Of a stretch of DNA of 64,000 bases, positions 63,340 through 64,000 are shown one piece after another. Each line of letters begins with the position of its first letter. The stretch's first letter is position 1. The stretch spans positions 160,001 through 224,000 of the forward strand of contig JBBQFN010000004.1 in assembly GCA_038321985.1 (NCBI GenBank). Direction: 5' to 3'. This DNA comes from Cyanophyceae cyanobacterium. Lineage in GTDB: Bacteria > Cyanobacteriota > Cyanobacteriia > Cyanobacteriales > Laspinemataceae. The position numbers were made by a program, and so were the translations under genes. The notes under the pieces were generated by a model. It ran no database searches and was not told where the DNA came from. It was given only the letters and a program-made list of their open reading frames with translations.

Positions 63340-64000
63340 TAGGAACTCACTCTTTCGATTGCAAATGGCAAGGCAATTCGGAATCCCACCCAAGTTACCA
63401 CTAATCCCAGCAAGGTGAACAGGCTGGCAAGCCAAAAACCTGTCTGCTGGGTCAAGATTCCCGTGGTGGCTAACTCTCGCGTGGTGACTAATAACGGGGT
63501 AACGGGATTCAGTTTAACGATCGTCGCAAAGGTTCCCTCGGTGGGAACGGGATAAACCACCGGGGTGATAAATAACCACAATCCCGTAAGCATGGTTAAT
63601 CCTTTGGAAACGTCTTTATATAAAATACCCAGGGGAGCTAATAAAATGCCAAAAAATGTTCCTAGTAAAATTAAATGAATTAAGGCAACTGGCGCTAGAA
63701 TTAGAGTCCAACCCACGGACACCCGAAACACCAAAAATAACGCGCAAATTAAAATCATTTTGATGCCAAAGTTAAACCCGACTTCCCCTAATTTTGCGAG
63801 AATTAATGCTTCGCGGGGAAACTTCACCCGGGCTAGCATGGGTCTAGCATCCGATGAGGCTTGGACGGGACCTTGCAAGGATTCGACAAAGGTTTGCCAA
63901 AGTGCGGTACTAAACATGACATAAGCGGGATAGGGAATATCTGTTGCGCCAATGGAAATGGCTTTAGCATTCCCGGCAAGAGTAAATCCCACTGCCATTG
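63339..64000 (-). CDS. wzm: Polysaccharide ABC exporter permease (Wzm), 5'-truncated by the window edge
   Basis: V.FPRE.L, LYKDV, FITPVVYP, LNPVTPL motifs. Confidence 0.85.
   Translation of the reverse strand, partial: MAVGFTLAGNAKAISIGATDIPYPAYVMFSTALWQTFVESLQGPVQASSDARPMLARVKFPREALILAKLGEVGFNFGIKMILICALFLVFRVSVGWTLILAPVALIHLILLGTFFGILLAPLGILYKDVSKGLTMLTGLWLFITPVVYPVPTEGTFATIVKLNPVTPLLVTTRELATTGILTQQTGFWLASLFTLLGLVVTWVGFRIALPFAIERVSS

Larger units (their letters stand above)
1..64000. repeat. HIP1 octamer GCGATCGC, highly iterated across the window
   Basis: Dozens of copies (e.g. 1131, 1924), inside and between genes; cyanobacterial hallmark. Confidence 0.95.

Overview
Chromosomal window from a cyanobacterium, judged from dense HIP1 GCGATCGC sites and the genes gun4, ictB, ftn2/zipN, cyanobacterial hfq and rnpB-rnc. 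It is probably a filamentous Oscillatoriales-type strain, which is an inference. Most of it is housekeeping and signalling genes (tenA, rnpB, rnc, Ca2+ P-type ATPase, recF, purF/purL, pdhA, argS, dapF, cobA, aroF, wzm/wzt, several kinases). Three things stand out. (1) The best candidate for an undescribed system is a promoter followed by TWO tandem ribosome-dependent transcription attenuators upstream of a short DAHP synthase (aroF). Each has an unannotated Phe/Tyr/Trp-rich leader peptide (MLNRSPFFYYWFILVHQR; MNPNLHNWFFGFYFWLRKSSG), an antiterminator and an intrinsic terminator. (2) purL carries a 483-aa LAGLIDADG intein. (3) A ~2 kb decayed defence/toxin-antitoxin islet upstream of purL is bounded by 161-bp direct repeats and holds a nonsense-inactivated hicA, an intact hicB, hsdM remnants and a DUF6883/DUF4926-like pair. 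No CRISPR array, tRNA or rRNA was seen. Family assignments come from motif recognition only; no database searches were run.
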